DNA of 64,000 bases, from assembly GCA_048938895.1 (NCBI GenBank), contig JBHLLU010000015.1:1-64000 (forward strand). Reading direction: 5' to 3'. The notes below the pieces were generated by a model, which was not told the origin of the DNA, did not search any database, and saw only the letters and a program-made list of their open reading frames with translations. Of this stretch, positions 1 through 11,800 are shown piece after piece. The DNA is from Promethearchaeota archaeon (GTDB lineage: Archaea > Asgardarchaeota > Lokiarchaeia > Sigyniarchaeales > SOKP01). Position numbers and translations under genes: made by a program. Each line of letters starts with the position of its first letter. Position 1 is the first letter of the stretch.

Positions 1-410
1 GTTTTTCCTACCCCAGATTGTCCTACTAATGATATTACTGGAGGCATTCTATTTTGAATGGGATAAACATATCGATCAATTTTCTCTATATCCTGCTCAT
101 TTTGAAAATCAAATGAAGTATTCTTGATCAAATTTAGAAATTCTACAAGAAAATCATTGAGTTCTTTCTTAATTTTATTAAAAGGATCATTTATACTATT
201 AATAAATAATACTAAGAAACCTTTTTCTTTCTGATATGAAATTCTAAATTTGTAATAATCTTTATAATCAACAATATCTATATTTTTAGAAAAAGAATCT
301 TCTATAATTGGAGTTACTATTCTTTCAAAAATAATATCCTGTTGTACTAAACCGAATTCCTTTGCGTATATTTGTATCTTATCTCGATAAATACAGATTT
401 GTCGTAAAAT
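1..410 (-). CDS. Longin-like domain + small GTPase fusion (partial, runs off window start; missing from ORF track)
   Basis: Manual minus-strand translation is open from 410 to 1: ILRQICIYRDKIQIYAKEFG...PPVISLVGQSGVGK(T), ending in a P-loop GxxxxGKT. The ~120-aa N-terminal part has a longin-like beta-beta-alpha pattern. No in-frame ATG/GTG/TTG lies near the 5' end; an ATT start at 410 is proposed. Confidence 0.75.
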   Translation of the reverse strand, partial: MLRQICIYRDKIQIYAKEFGLVQQDIIFERIVTPIIEDSFSKNIDIVDYKDYYKFRISYQKEKGFLVLFINSINDPFNKIKKELNDFLVEFLNLIKNTSFDFQNEQDIEKIDRYVYPIQNRMPPVISLVGQSGVGK

Positions 411-587
411 AGCATAACACCAGCGAATTTCTTTTTTATGTTATGATTATTTTTTCTCTATATTAATTATTAGATTAGATTAATTTATCTTTTAGTATTT
501 TACTCCAAATATAATGATGAACTATTTTTTTCGTGAAAATCTATCTTCTATTAATATCTAAACCTTAAATTCTTTCGTTTTTATTTG

Positions 588-650
588 ATCCTCTAAATAT
601 ATATATATGATATGTGTATGTTTTTATTAAATTTATATAACAAAACTTAA
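588..650 (+). promoter_or_regulatory. Putative promoter region of giant surface protein 1 (motifs shared with the region upstream of paralog 2)
   Basis: atcctctaaatatatatat...tgtatgtttt...caaaactta matches atcctttaaatatatatat...tgtatgtttt...caaaaactta at 8765-8836; TATA-like elements. Confidence 0.4.
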
Positions 651-678
651 CTATTTTAAAAAAGAGTAAAATTTAGTA

Positions 679-3600
679 ATGAAAATTTATAGAAAATCTA
701 TAAAATCCAAAATTAACACACTTGGAATTCTTTTATTTCTTTTGATTTTACCTATTATTCTAAATTTTCCTTTATTACAATTTGGTTCCAATCAAAATAT
801 TCAAAAAGATAGAGAAAAAATTATAGACGATGATAGATTAAAATCACAAGCCCCTCCTAATGCAATCATTTTTCAATATTACAAAACTATTGCGATAGAT
901 CATAATAAAGTCGCGGGATCTGTATCTTATGTTGATTTCCCTGTATTAATTTCTATAAAAGATCCAGATTTACGTTTTGATGTTCAATCAGATGGGGATG
1001 ATATCGCTTTTTCTTTTGAAAATAATTGGTTAGACCATGAGATAGAATTATTTAATCAAATCGGTAATGGAACACATGCTCAATTGATTGCATGGGTTCG
1101 TATTCCCTCTTTATCAGGAGTAATTGACACAATTATCAGAATGTATTACGGCAATTCTACTATGAGTTCACAACAAAATCCGAGTGCGGTATGGGAGAGT
1201 AATTATCGAGGAGTTTGGCATCTAAACGAAGAGAGTGGAGGACCTAATTCAATTAAAGATTCTACATCAAATTCTAATGATGGTCAAGATATTAACAGTC
1301 CTAACTTAGGACAAAATGGGAAGATTCACAATTCTGTTGGATTCACTGATTCTTCGGGTCAAAGAATTCAGGTTTCAGATGATTCAAGTTTAGATATATC
1401 CAATGAACTTACTGTAGAAGCATGGATTAATCCAAATTCTAATAGTAAATGGATGACTATAGCAAGTAAGATGGGTGGAACTTGGGGTGGTGGAAGTGTT
1501 TCCGATTATGATATGTGCTATTTTGCAATCAATTGGGGTGAATTTTATATTGGTCTTTCAAATCCTTCTGGTTCGTATAATGAATGGGATACAAATACAC
1601 CTATTTCTTTAGGGACCTGGCAACACGTTGTTTTTTCTTATCAAAGTTCCACTTCTATAGGATACTTATATGTAAATGGCTCGTCTATTGGAAGCCATAA
1701 TTTTGGTATTGGAACTTTAGCCACGAACGATAATCCTTTTTATATAGGATTTAACCAAGCTTGGACAGGAGAGGTATTTGATGGAGAGATTGATGAAGTT
1801 CGGATATCCAGCAGACCTCACTCATCAGGATGGATAAATACAGAATATCAAAATCAAAATGATCCAGATTCATTTTATTTAATTGGTTCAGAACAGATAG
1901 TAACCTCTGAACCCCCTAATATCCATTATTTTGCTTATTATAAAACGATAACTATTGATGAAGATAATGTTTATGGTTCAGGGACTCATATTAATTTTCC
2001 CGTACTAATTTCCTTAATTGATACCGATCTTAAATATCACGTACAACCTGACGGGGATGACATTGCTTTTTCAATGGGCGGAGACTGGCTAAATCATGAA
2101 ATTGAATTGTTTAATCAATCATATAGTAGTACTCAAGCTGAGTTAAGAGTTTGGGTAAAAATACCATTTTTATACTCAACAGTGAACACAACTTTTACAA
2201 TGTATTATGGTAATGCAACGATGACTTCCCAAGAAAATCCTAGCGCTGTATGGAATAATTATGTGGGTGTGTGGCATTTACAGGAATCTCCAACTGGAAT
2301 TGTACATGATAGTAGTGTTTATAACAATGATGGTACAACTCTAGGATCTATGACGACTTCAGACTTAGTTCCCTGCCAAATTGGAGAAGGATATGAATTA
2401 GATGGAATTGATGATATGATTCATATACCTGATAGCACAAGTCTAGATTCGGTAGTAGATGAAGGCACGCTATCATTATGGATAAATTGGGTCGATCCAT
2501 CAGACGGAGCTTATCAACGTATATTGACACAAACTAATAGTTTCTATGCAAATCCAACCCCACCCCCAACATCTTTACGAGATGCATTTGAATTGGCAGT
2601 GCAACCTACTGGTAATTGTTACTTTTACCCATGGGGTTTTAGTTCAAATTACAATCTTGCACCTAATCCCTTTTCTGATAACGTATGGCAATATCTTGTA
2701 GTAACTCTTAATTATGCTACAAGAAGTGTAAAAATCTATCTAGATGGAATTTCCTTGAGTTTTACTATAGAGAATGTACCTACATTTTGGGTCCAATTAG
2801 CTACTCTCGACGATTGGTTATGGGGAGGCAACAATTACTATTCTGGAACAAACGTTCTAGGAAAATTTGATGAAATACGAGTATCTAATGTAGAAAGATC
2901 TGCTGGTTGGATTTTAACAGAATATTACAATCAATATGATCCAAGCTCGTTTTATTCAGTCGGGAGTGAACAATTAGTAGCTAATCAACCTCCTAATGTA
3001 AATTATTTTAACTTCTATAAAACAATAACTATTGACCACACAAAAATTAATGGAACGGGGAGCCATGTAAATTTTCCTTTTCTACTCTCAATTATTGATG
3101 AAGATTTGCGATATGATGTTCAAAGTGATGGCGATGACATCGCATTTTCCTTAGACGGTCAATGGCTTGATTATCAGATAGAAGAGTTTAATCAGACTTA
3201 CAGTGGTACCCATGCTCAATTGATCGCTTGGATAAGGATTCCCTACTTATCCACAGCTTTTGATACTAACATTTCTATGTATTATGGTAATGCATCCATT
3301 ACCTCACAACAGAGACCCTCTCGTGTATGGAATTCTGGTTATGTCGGTGTTTGGCATTTAAATGAGGATCCGTCCGGTAGTCCCCCACAAATAAAAGATA
3401 ATACTGTTCCTTCTAGTGATGGTATCGCTTATGGTTCAATGACCTTATCTGATCAAGTTCCGGGGATGATTGGAAGAGCATTAGATTTTGATGGTGTAAA
3501 TGATTACTTGGATTTTGGAAATCCTGGAGAAGTTCAAATTACCGGTGAAATTACCGTTCAAGCTTGGTTTAAAGTCAATTATGTAGGTAATGATTATATA

Positions 3601-6600
3601 GTGGTGAAAAGTGGGGGATCCAGTCAAAGAGGGTGGGATATTAGTTTTGATGATGATATTGCTATTGCACCAGATGGCTGGGCTATGTTTCGTTATTCAC
3701 CAGACGGAGTTAATACTATAATTACTGGATATGAGCGTGTCAGAATAAACAGATGGTACCATATCGCAGGAGTATTCAAACCAAATGAATATTCAAAATT
3801 ATTTTTCAATGGTACTGAAGTAGCGATAAGAACCACTGGAGTTGCTCCTTCTCTGAATGATCCTTCTCTACCATTCCGCATCGCTAGAAGATCTGACGCT
3901 GGCACATCATACGTTAATGGCATTATTGATGAAGTTCGTATTTCTAATGTAGCAAGATCAGATGGTTGGATAATTACTGAATATAACAATCAGTATGATC
4001 CTTCAACTTTCTTTCTAGTAGGTCCTGAAATGTCCTTGAAACCTTTAGTGTATATAGATGCGCAAATTGCGACTATTGATTTATACGGTAATTTTCTCCC
4101 TAATGTTACTGTTTCATTATACCAAAAAACTCAGTTAATGGAACGTGGTATCACTGATGATACAGGTACAGTATTTTTTGCTGATATTATTGAAGGTGAA
4201 TATAATTTCACAGCAACCATAAGTTCAAATATTGCAAGTGTAACGGAAATTGTGAATATTACAACTCAAGCCCTCTTACTTGACAGTTCCAATCACAATG
4301 TCACTTTAATATGCGATGTTACCTCCCATTTCTTTGAAATAATAGATCTTGATAGTAATCCAGTTGATTCCGGATGGATAATGGTTGGAAATGATACTCA
4401 TATACTTAAGAAGTGTAATATAGATCCTTCGGGACATGCAACTTTTTGGTGGTTGGATGCTTCACCTTCCGTATATAATTATACCATATACTATAGTGAT
4501 GTTAGGTATAGCCCTTCAACACTTGCATTGGATTCAGGAGATATCACAACAAAAAATACTACAATCCAAGTTCAAGTGGATCTTACAACTGTGAACTTTA
4601 AAGTACTTACTCATACTGCCCCGACTCCTGTCAGTGGTGCGAAACTTAAATTTACTGTGAATACTCCTTTAGGAGCAAGCATAGTAAACTTAACTACTGA
4701 TCTTAATGGTGAAGCAACATTACGATGGTTAGATTCCGCTGGGATCGGTGGAGATTTTTGTATACAAATCGAATTTTTTGGTGTGAATAAACCATTCAAC
4801 GAAACGCTTGGAGGTCCTGCTTCAGTTTATAACTATAGTTTTACTGTGGTGAATAAAGTTTCTTTGGAATTCAGAATTTCAATCGATCTAAATCTATTTC
4901 AAACGGAACTTATCTCTTTAAATCCTACAGATTATATCGATATAGAATGGGGTTCGATTTTAAAGCTAAGGGCATTATTTAATGTAAGTAAAGTAGAAAT
5001 GGGCTATGAAAATCTTTTAGGACCCACTTATGCAGACTCAATGACTTATAAAATCTTACTTGGTGGGGAAATTATTCAGTCTGGATCCTTTTTGGAAGAA
5101 ACAGGAAATAAAGGTAGACATTATTTAGATTTAGATACAAAAAAAGTTCTTCAAGACGAAAGTTATTTAATTATTGTATCAGCGTATAAATCAGGATACA
5201 CCATTCCTTCGGATTTAATTCTTCAGCTAAATATTTTAGAGATTGATGTAGTATTAAATCAATCAGAGAATGATGATACGGGATCTACAGCATATTGGCA
5301 GGAAAATGCTGATATGACTCTTAACTCCTATGGAAGTGATTCAGAGTCTCTCACGATAGAGAACACTCTCTTTCAGACTGTTGATCATCAGTTTAATTTT
5401 ATGATTTCTGATATTCAACATCAATGGAACTTGTCTGAAATCATATTTAATATCTACAACATTGCATGGAACACTGATATCTCAAATATCAATATCACTA
5501 TCGAAGATCCTTATGGTGGCTTTTATTATGTATTTGATAATGATACACATAGTGGTTGGAATTATGCTCAAGGAACTTGGACAGGAATCAGCTTACAGCT
5601 AAACTATGCCAGTCCTACTCATAACAATAATTTTGAGTTTATAATCGGAGGTACATTTGATAATACTGTAGACATTATCGTGGATGCATTTTTCATAAGA
5701 GATTCTATAAATGTACAATATTCCAAATTTAATGTATCTAACGAACTTTCTCTCCTTTCCAAAATGGAAGGATGGGCAATTAATAACATAACTTTTGAGA
5801 TTTCAAACTGTTATTACACCTCTAACTGGAGTAAAGTAGATTTATCAACACTTACAAACTTAAATATTACTACAAATGAAGGATTCAAATACTCACTGAC
5901 TTCAGGTGACACAAATGGAAATGGAATTTTAACTATAGATAACAGAATAATTTATCCTGTAGATAGACTATTTTTATTTTCGGTTGAAAGTTTTCCAGAT
6001 GTTGTTTTTGACACACTTATAAAAGTGGAGTATATCCAAGAATTTTATAAAACTCAGGCATTGGAAACATATAACATCACTAAAACAGAGCAAGGATTAA
6101 GTAATGGGGGAACACTTGAAGTTAGTGCAATTGAGAATAGTTGGAGTGAAGAAGAAATATATGTATCTGTTGAAGGAATTAGAAGTGGTTCAAATTATTA
6201 TTTCCCATCTGATATAGCAATGAATATTACAATTGGAGGTTTAACTTATGATATTTCTGACTATGGGACTGGAAATGGCCGATTTTCATTGGTTGGTTTT
6301 AATAAAAATCAAATTTATCAAGCAATTATAGAAACACGTGAACCTGTAAATTTTACACTATTAATTTCAACTAAATACTTAAGATCTATATCATATGAAA
6401 TTATAGGTACATTGACTTACACTATTATTGGAGCAGCTTTGATGTATGGATCAGTTCAATACAATTCAGACTTAGGATATTATCTAAAAACAATCGATAC
6501 AAGTCAACTTATTGCTAAAGATTATACAGTTCGATTCACATTTGATAAGAGCCATTATCAAGCGACGACTAAGGATCTTAAATTATACGTCTCTCCCCGC

Positions 6601-8691
6601 CCTACTTTGTTGAATGGATCTTCAGAATTCTTCAGAAAAATAGAAACATTATATGTAAAGGAAGCAGTAAATTTTTCTTTTCTATATATTGATGAAAGAA
6701 GTGGTGCTAAAGTAACAAATCTTGATATCCAATACTTTATTTGGGAAAGCTACGATCAAGATGGTGAGGTAAATGAAACGGGTCAAGGGATTGTGTATAC
6801 TTCTATTGAAAATATGTATATCTTGGATTTTAATACAGAAATAAGAGAAATTGGAGATTACCTGCTTATACTTGTTTTAGATAAGGATAATTATGATTTT
6901 AAGAATGGAATGATCCTTCTTTCTATCATAAGGAGAGTAATTGATTATTCATTAAGTGAAAATCTTCAAGATGGGCAAACTAATGTAATTCAAGGTAAGA
7001 AAGTAATAATTGATATAAATCTTACAGATCCTACTCAGGGTGGTATGTTGTTAATTGATGCTACAGTAAAATTGACAGTCGGAGGTAATACTTATTATTT
7101 TTCTCAGATTGGTAATGGTTCTTACACTTTTGAGTTCCCTACAAATAATATTGATGCCTTTTTTACTTCAAGAACACTTAGAGGGATAATTTCAATATCC
7201 AAAGTTGATTATAATCCTATTGAAATTAAAATTACTATAGTTGTAGAAATGGAGCAAATAATACCGGGAATACCTACTTTTTATTTTCTGTTAATCTCTT
7301 CTGCCATAGGTGCTCTTACTATTAGTTTAGTGGGATACAGAGTGATTCAGAATGCTAGAATCCCTGGTTTTGTAAAAAAAGTAAGAGAAATGAAAAAAGC
7401 TATAAAAGGAGATAAATCGATTGTGGATTCACTTATCTATCGTGAAAAAGAAGTATTCGTTGCAGAAATTTTAAACAATGAATGGAATAAAATTGGATTG
7501 TCCATAGAAGAGGCATTTGGAATAACTATTGAAAAAGATAAGAAGAAGAAAATAAGTAAAAGAGCTTTTGAAACTCCAATCGAACATGAAAATAAACCGA
7601 TTGGATTAGTATTGATGAAATGGGATGAGAGAATTGGTACTGAAATAAAACTGAAATATCCAACAGATGTTAATATATCAGAAAAGACTCTAATGCAAAT
7701 TTATAGTACTCATGAATATAGTGCGGAAAAAGGAATTATTACCTTAACCGCAGAAGCTACTAATATCATTTCTTATTATACAGGACCAGAACAAGGCTAT
7801 TATTTGCTTTTACTTTTAAATCTAGATGATGATCCGGATCTTTATGAAGGAGGAATTGCCGATGTATTATCTAATCTCTTAGCTTATATCGAAGATGATA
7901 CATATGTCCAAATGTTACCCTCTCTTTTCCAGCGTTTATCATTATACCCATCGTTAAATCACGAACAACTTCTAGCCCTTACCTACCAAAATAAAATCAA
8001 ACACATGATTCTAAACTTACTAAGAGATGATGGTTTAGCTATTAAATCAGAATTAACAATTTGGTTAAGAGATAAACATACAAGAGGTTTCTTTGATTTA
8101 GACACGATCTTTAGTGAATTGATTAAATTAGAAATACTTAAGGTAAGTTCTATTAAAGAAATTCCCTCTGAACTTATTTTTCTTACCAAAGATATCTTTT
8201 TAGCTAGAATACCACCTCTCAAATTGCTAGAAAAACCGACAAGCTATGGTTTACCATCTCAGTTTGCCAAAGAATATCCAGATGATGTGAAGAAGTTTTT
8301 CCAAACTTATCGACCTTCAGAAGAAGATAACCTGAAAATTGCCGAGATTTTAATCAATCCACAGGTTTATGAAACACTCAAACTTCTAAGGAATGCAATC
8401 GTAACAAGAGATGACCTTCAGAAACTCAGAAGTAAAGGAGTTGATGACATTTATACCGTTTTAAAGATCTTATGGGATAATAAAATAATAAAAGTTTTCC
8501 ATGATGATCAAAATAATGAATATTATGCCTTAATGTCCGATTGTTATATCGATTATATATTCCCAAAATATATGCTGAAATCAATTAAGGAAGCTTATGA
8601 ACAAAAATCCAAAGTTAAAAGAGCATTGATTGAATACCTTAATATCCTTGAAGATACTTATTATCAGGTAAAATCAAACAAAAATCAATAA
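679..8691 (+). CDS. Giant membrane-anchored surface protein 1: 3x(DUF2341+LamG/ConA-like), beta-rich stalk, TM, cytoplasmic longin/uDENN-like + winged-helix-like tail
   Basis: 2670 aa. N-terminal hydrophobic anchor; three units starting PPN..F.YYK with VQSDGDDIAF / WVRIP / MYYGN (DUF2341) and GVWHL..IDEVRIS..SGWI.TEY (LamG); TM IPTFYFLLISSAIGALTISLVGY (~7270-7340); tail starts KPIGLVLMKWDERIGTEIKLKYP. Confidence 0.85.
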   Translation: MKIYRKSIKSKINTLGILLFLLILPIILNFPLLQFGSNQNIQKDREKIIDDDRLKSQAPPNAIIFQYYKTIAIDHNKVAGSVSYVDFPVLISIKDPDLRFDVQSDGDDIAFSFENNWLDHEIELFNQIGNGTHAQLIAWVRIPSLSGVIDTIIRMYYGNSTMSSQQNPSAVWESNYRGVWHLNEESGGPNSIKDSTSNSNDGQDINSPNLGQNGKIHNSVGFTDSSGQRIQVSDDSSLDISNELTVEAWINPNSNSKWMTIASKMGGTWGGGSVSDYDMCYFAINWGEFYIGLSNPSGSYNEWDTNTPISLGTWQHVVFSYQSSTSIGYLYVNGSSIGSHNFGIGTLATNDNPFYIGFNQAWTGEVFDGEIDEVRISSRPHSSGWINTEYQNQNDPDSFYLIGSEQIVTSEPPNIHYFAYYKTITIDEDNVYGSGTHINFPVLISLIDTDLKYHVQPDGDDIAFSMGGDWLNHEIELFNQSYSSTQAELRVWVKIPFLYSTVNTTFTMYYGNATMTSQENPSAVWNNYVGVWHLQESPTGIVHDSSVYNNDGTTLGSMTTSDLVPCQIGEGYELDGIDDMIHIPDSTSLDSVVDEGTLSLWINWVDPSDGAYQRILTQTNSFYANPTPPPTSLRDAFELAVQPTGNCYFYPWGFSSNYNLAPNPFSDNVWQYLVVTLNYATRSVKIYLDGISLSFTIENVPTFWVQLATLDDWLWGGNNYYSGTNVLGKFDEIRVSNVERSAGWILTEYYNQYDPSSFYSVGSEQLVANQPPNVNYFNFYKTITIDHTKINGTGSHVNFPFLLSIIDEDLRYDVQSDGDDIAFSLDGQWLDYQIEEFNQTYSGTHAQLIAWIRIPYLSTAFDTNISMYYGNASITSQQRPSRVWNSGYVGVWHLNEDPSGSPPQIKDNTVPSSDGIAYGSMTLSDQVPGMIGRALDFDGVNDYLDFGNPGEVQITGEITVQAWFKVNYVGNDYIVVKSGGSSQRGWDISFDDDIAIAPDGWAMFRYSPDGVNTIITGYERVRINRWYHIAGVFKPNEYSKLFFNGTEVAIRTTGVAPSLNDPSLPFRIARRSDAGTSYVNGIIDEVRISNVARSDGWIITEYNNQYDPSTFFLVGPEMSLKPLVYIDAQIATIDLYGNFLPNVTVSLYQKTQLMERGITDDTGTVFFADIIEGEYNFTATISSNIASVTEIVNITTQALLLDSSNHNVTLICDVTSHFFEIIDLDSNPVDSGWIMVGNDTHILKKCNIDPSGHATFWWLDASPSVYNYTIYYSDVRYSPSTLALDSGDITTKNTTIQVQVDLTTVNFKVLTHTAPTPVSGAKLKFTVNTPLGASIVNLTTDLNGEATLRWLDSAGIGGDFCIQIEFFGVNKPFNETLGGPASVYNYSFTVVNKVSLEFRISIDLNLFQTELISLNPTDYIDIEWGSILKLRALFNVSKVEMGYENLLGPTYADSMTYKILLGGEIIQSGSFLEETGNKGRHYLDLDTKKVLQDESYLIIVSAYKSGYTIPSDLILQLNILEIDVVLNQSENDDTGSTAYWQENADMTLNSYGSDSESLTIENTLFQTVDHQFNFMISDIQHQWNLSEIIFNIYNIAWNTDISNINITIEDPYGGFYYVFDNDTHSGWNYAQGTWTGISLQLNYASPTHNNNFEFIIGGTFDNTVDIIVDAFFIRDSINVQYSKFNVSNELSLLSKMEGWAINNITFEISNCYYTSNWSKVDLSTLTNLNITTNEGFKYSLTSGDTNGNGILTIDNRIIYPVDRLFLFSVESFPDVVFDTLIKVEYIQEFYKTQALETYNITKTEQGLSNGGTLEVSAIENSWSEEEIYVSVEGIRSGSNYYFPSDIAMNITIGGLTYDISDYGTGNGRFSLVGFNKNQIYQAIIETREPVNFTLLISTKYLRSISYEIIGTLTYTIIGAALMYGSVQYNSDLGYYLKTIDTSQLIAKDYTVRFTFDKSHYQATTKDLKLYVSPRPTLLNGSSEFFRKIETLYVKEAVNFSFLYIDERSGAKVTNLDIQYFIWESYDQDGEVNETGQGIVYTSIENMYILDFNTEIREIGDYLLILVLDKDNYDFKNGMILLSIIRRVIDYSLSENLQDGQTNVIQGKKVIIDINLTDPTQGGMLLIDATVKLTVGGNTYYFSQIGNGSYTFEFPTNNIDAFFTSRTLRGIISISKVDYNPIEIKITIVVEMEQIIPGIPTFYFLLISSAIGALTISLVGYRVIQNARIPGFVKKVREMKKAIKGDKSIVDSLIYREKEVFVAEILNNEWNKIGLSIEEAFGITIEKDKKKKISKRAFETPIEHENKPIGLVLMKWDERIGTEIKLKYPTDVNISEKTLMQIYSTHEYSAEKGIITLTAEATNIISYYTGPEQGYYLLLLLNLDDDPDLYEGGIADVLSNLLAYIEDDTYVQMLPSLFQRLSLYPSLNHEQLLALTYQNKIKHMILNLLRDDGLAIKSELTIWLRDKHTRGFFDLDTIFSELIKLEILKVSSIKEIPSELIFLTKDIFLARIPPLKLLEKPTSYGLPSQFAKEYPDDVKKFFQTYRPSEEDNLKIAEILINPQVYETLKLLRNAIVTRDDLQKLRSKGVDDIYTVLKILWDNKIIKVFHDDQNNEYYALMSDCYIDYIFPKYMLKSIKEAYEQKSKVKRALIEYLNILEDTYYQVKSNKNQ
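4327..4612. repeat. 286-bp exact repeat, copy 1 (copy 2 at 12431..12716)
   Basis: Base-by-base comparison is identical from catttctttgaaataatag to aaagtacttactc. Confidence 0.9.
5770..5921. repeat. 152-bp near-exact repeat, copy 1 (copy 2 at 13877..14028; one mismatch)
   Basis: ggatgggcaattaataac...gacacaaatggaaa identical except tac/tat. Confidence 0.85.
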
Positions 8692-8702
8692 AAAAAATCA
8701 AA

Positions 8703-8721
8703 TTTTTTTTCCCTTTTTTTT
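8703..8721 (+). terminator. Archaeal oligo-T terminator after giant gene 1
   Basis: Two T tracts (ttttttttcccttttttttt) immediately after the stop codon. Confidence 0.5.
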
Positions 8722-8860
8722 AGTAATTTTATCCATACAGCCTTAATTGAACGATATCACATACATCCTTTAAATATATATATCTGAAGTTACTATTATC
8801 TTCTAAATGTATGTTTTACATATTTACAAAAACTTATTTTAAACAATAACTTGATTCGAA

Positions 8861-11800
8861 ATGAAAAAATGGAGAAATCAACTTATAACTATTAAAAAGA
8901 GAATTAAAGCATTAATTATCTTATTGTTCGTATTAATATGTCCTTTGATTCTAAGTTCACCTATATTTTCTAACATATTCCCAACAAATATTAATGAAAA
9001 CGAGGATGATAATAGCAGCGATATAAAGCCGATAATAAGTGCTCCTTTTAATGCTCATTACTTCCAATTCTATAAAGTCATAACCATAGATCATAATCAA
9101 GTATCAGGAACATCTGGTCATACTAATTTCCCTTTTCTATTTTCTATTCTTGATACTGATCTACATACGGATGTTCAATCGGATGGGGATGATATTGCTT
9201 TTTCCCTGAATAATGTCTGGTTAGACCATGAAATTGAGGTTTTTGACCAAAATTATGATGCTACGCATGCCAGATTGGTTGTGTGGATGAGACTTCCCGT
9301 ATTATCGATTACTATCAATACAGTTATCCGAATGTATTATGGAAATTCTACCATTAGCTCTCGACAGAATCCAGAAGGAGTATGGGATATTAACTATAAA
9401 GCAGTATATCATATGAAACAAGATCCAAGCACTTCATCTGTGTTAGACAGTACTTCCAATAGCTATGATTTAACACCAGGGACTGGATTTGTTTCAGGTG
9501 ATCTTGTAGATGGCATTTTTGGGAAAGCTATAGAATTCGATGGAGTTAATACTCAATACCTTGAAATAACATCTGGTTTTTCTAATCCCTCATCTTCTCT
9601 TTCCCTTGAAATGTGGTTTAATCCTCAGTTATTTAATACCTATCAAAGATATCTTACAGCTAGATGGAGTTATCCTGATTTACGATTCCAGACTAGCAAC
9701 GAAATTACGACAAGAATTCGAAATACTCTCGGCAATGTAAGTTCTACTACTTCTTATTTCACTGCTTGGCAAGATCAATATTACCATTTTGTCATGACTT
9801 GGCAAGGCGGTTCAGTCGGACGTCAAAAGCATTATCTTAATGGCACTCTTGTTAGAGACGATTACGATGCTGAAGCATTAGGAACTTCTTCTAGTTGGAC
9901 TGGTTTTAATTTTGGTTCTGACACTGATCACACTGATCCAATTGGAGCTTATATTGAAGAATTCAGGATAACATCAAATGCTCGTTCTTCTGGTTGGTAT
10001 GCAACAGAATTTAATAACCAATATAATCCCAATAGCTTTTATACTGTCAGTCTAGAAAATGAAGTAGTTTGGGAACCGCCAAACGCTAACTATTTTTTAT
10101 ATTACAAAACAATCACCATAGACCAAAATGAAATAACTGGAACTGGCTTCCATACTAATTTTCCCTTTTTATTTTCATTTACAGACAAAAGCTTACGATA
10201 TCACGTCCAACCTGATGGGGATGACATAGCTTTTGCTGTCGACGGAGATTGGTTAGATCATGATATTATCCTTTTCAACCAAGCTTATAATTCAACACAT
10301 GCAGAATTAAAAGTCTGGGTTCAGATTCCTTATTTATACACATCTAAAGATACAGTAATTACAATGTTTTATGGGAATTCTACTATGGATTCTAGAGAAA
10401 ATCCTGAAGGAGTCTGGGATAGTGGGTATGCAGCAGTTTATCATTTGGACGATGATTTTTTAGATTCCACTTCCAATAATAGGGATGGATTGAATACAGG
10501 TTCAACAGATACGATAGGTATAATAGGTGATGGTCAGGATTTTGAAAGAGATGATAATTCTGACAATATTAACCTTGGAACGTGGAGTATTTCTGGCTAT
10601 CAAATAACAATTCAGACATGGGTTAAATTTGAATCTTTTTCTGTTACTGATGCCCGTATATTATCAAAGAATTCAGGAACCAGTGATAATAGTGAATACC
10701 ATGTATGGATGCTTGGAACTTGGGATTCACCGCCTTCCAGATTACGAGGAAGGATAAAAACAGGAACTAGTGATTCCTCTGGTACATCTACATATGTAGC
10801 CACATCAGGTGACCTTTCATTGGATACTTGGTATTTAACTACACTAAAATACGATGGTTCCTATATGCATTTTACATTAGATGGTAACCCTGTTGGTTCA
10901 TTTAGCAAAACAGGGCCTTTAAGATCGAACAGTTGGCCAATAGTCATTGGAAATAGTCCTACAGGTAATAGACCAATAGATGCTATCATTGATGAAGTTA
11001 GGATCTCATCAGTTATTCGATCTGATGATTGGTTAAAAACCGAATATGATAATCAAAAAGATCCAGCTTCATTTGGTTCAGTCGGGGAAGAAAATATAAT
11101 AAATGAGGACCCCCCTAATGCACTTTATTTCGACTATCACAAAATTATAACAATTGACCATACTAAAGTTAACGGTACTGGGAGTCATGTTAATTTTCCC
11201 TTCTTAATTTCAATCTTAGATGAGGATTTACGATTTGATGTACAAAGTGACGGGGATGATATTGCCTTTTCATTGGATGGTCAATGGTTAGATCACCAAA
11301 TAGAATTATTTAATCAAAGTTATAGCAGCTCTCAAGCACAACTAATCGCATGGGTTCGGATCCCCTTTTTATCAACTGAAGTTAATACTAGTATTATAAT
11401 GCACTACGGAAATTCTAGTATGAGTTCACGTCAAAATCCAGAAGGGGTTTGGGGGGCATATCAATCAGTATGGCATCTCAATGAACCATCTGGAACAGGT
11501 AATTATATCAAAGATTCAACTTCGAACAATTACCATGGCACTCCATTTGGTACTGACTTCTTAAAAACAAGCCAAATTGATGGCTCACGGAATTTCTTAG
11601 GGAATGGAGATAATCGAATAATTATTGATAGAGGATCAGAGTTTTTTGATGGGGATAATTTGTTTACATTTTCGTTCTGGTTATATCCAAATTATGATTC
11701 TGATGCGGAATGGGAATCAATGACAGATCGTCTCGTATTTTATAAACAATCCTCAATTAGATTGTCAAGGCTATGGCGGCAGAATTGGATGCCTGCAGGA

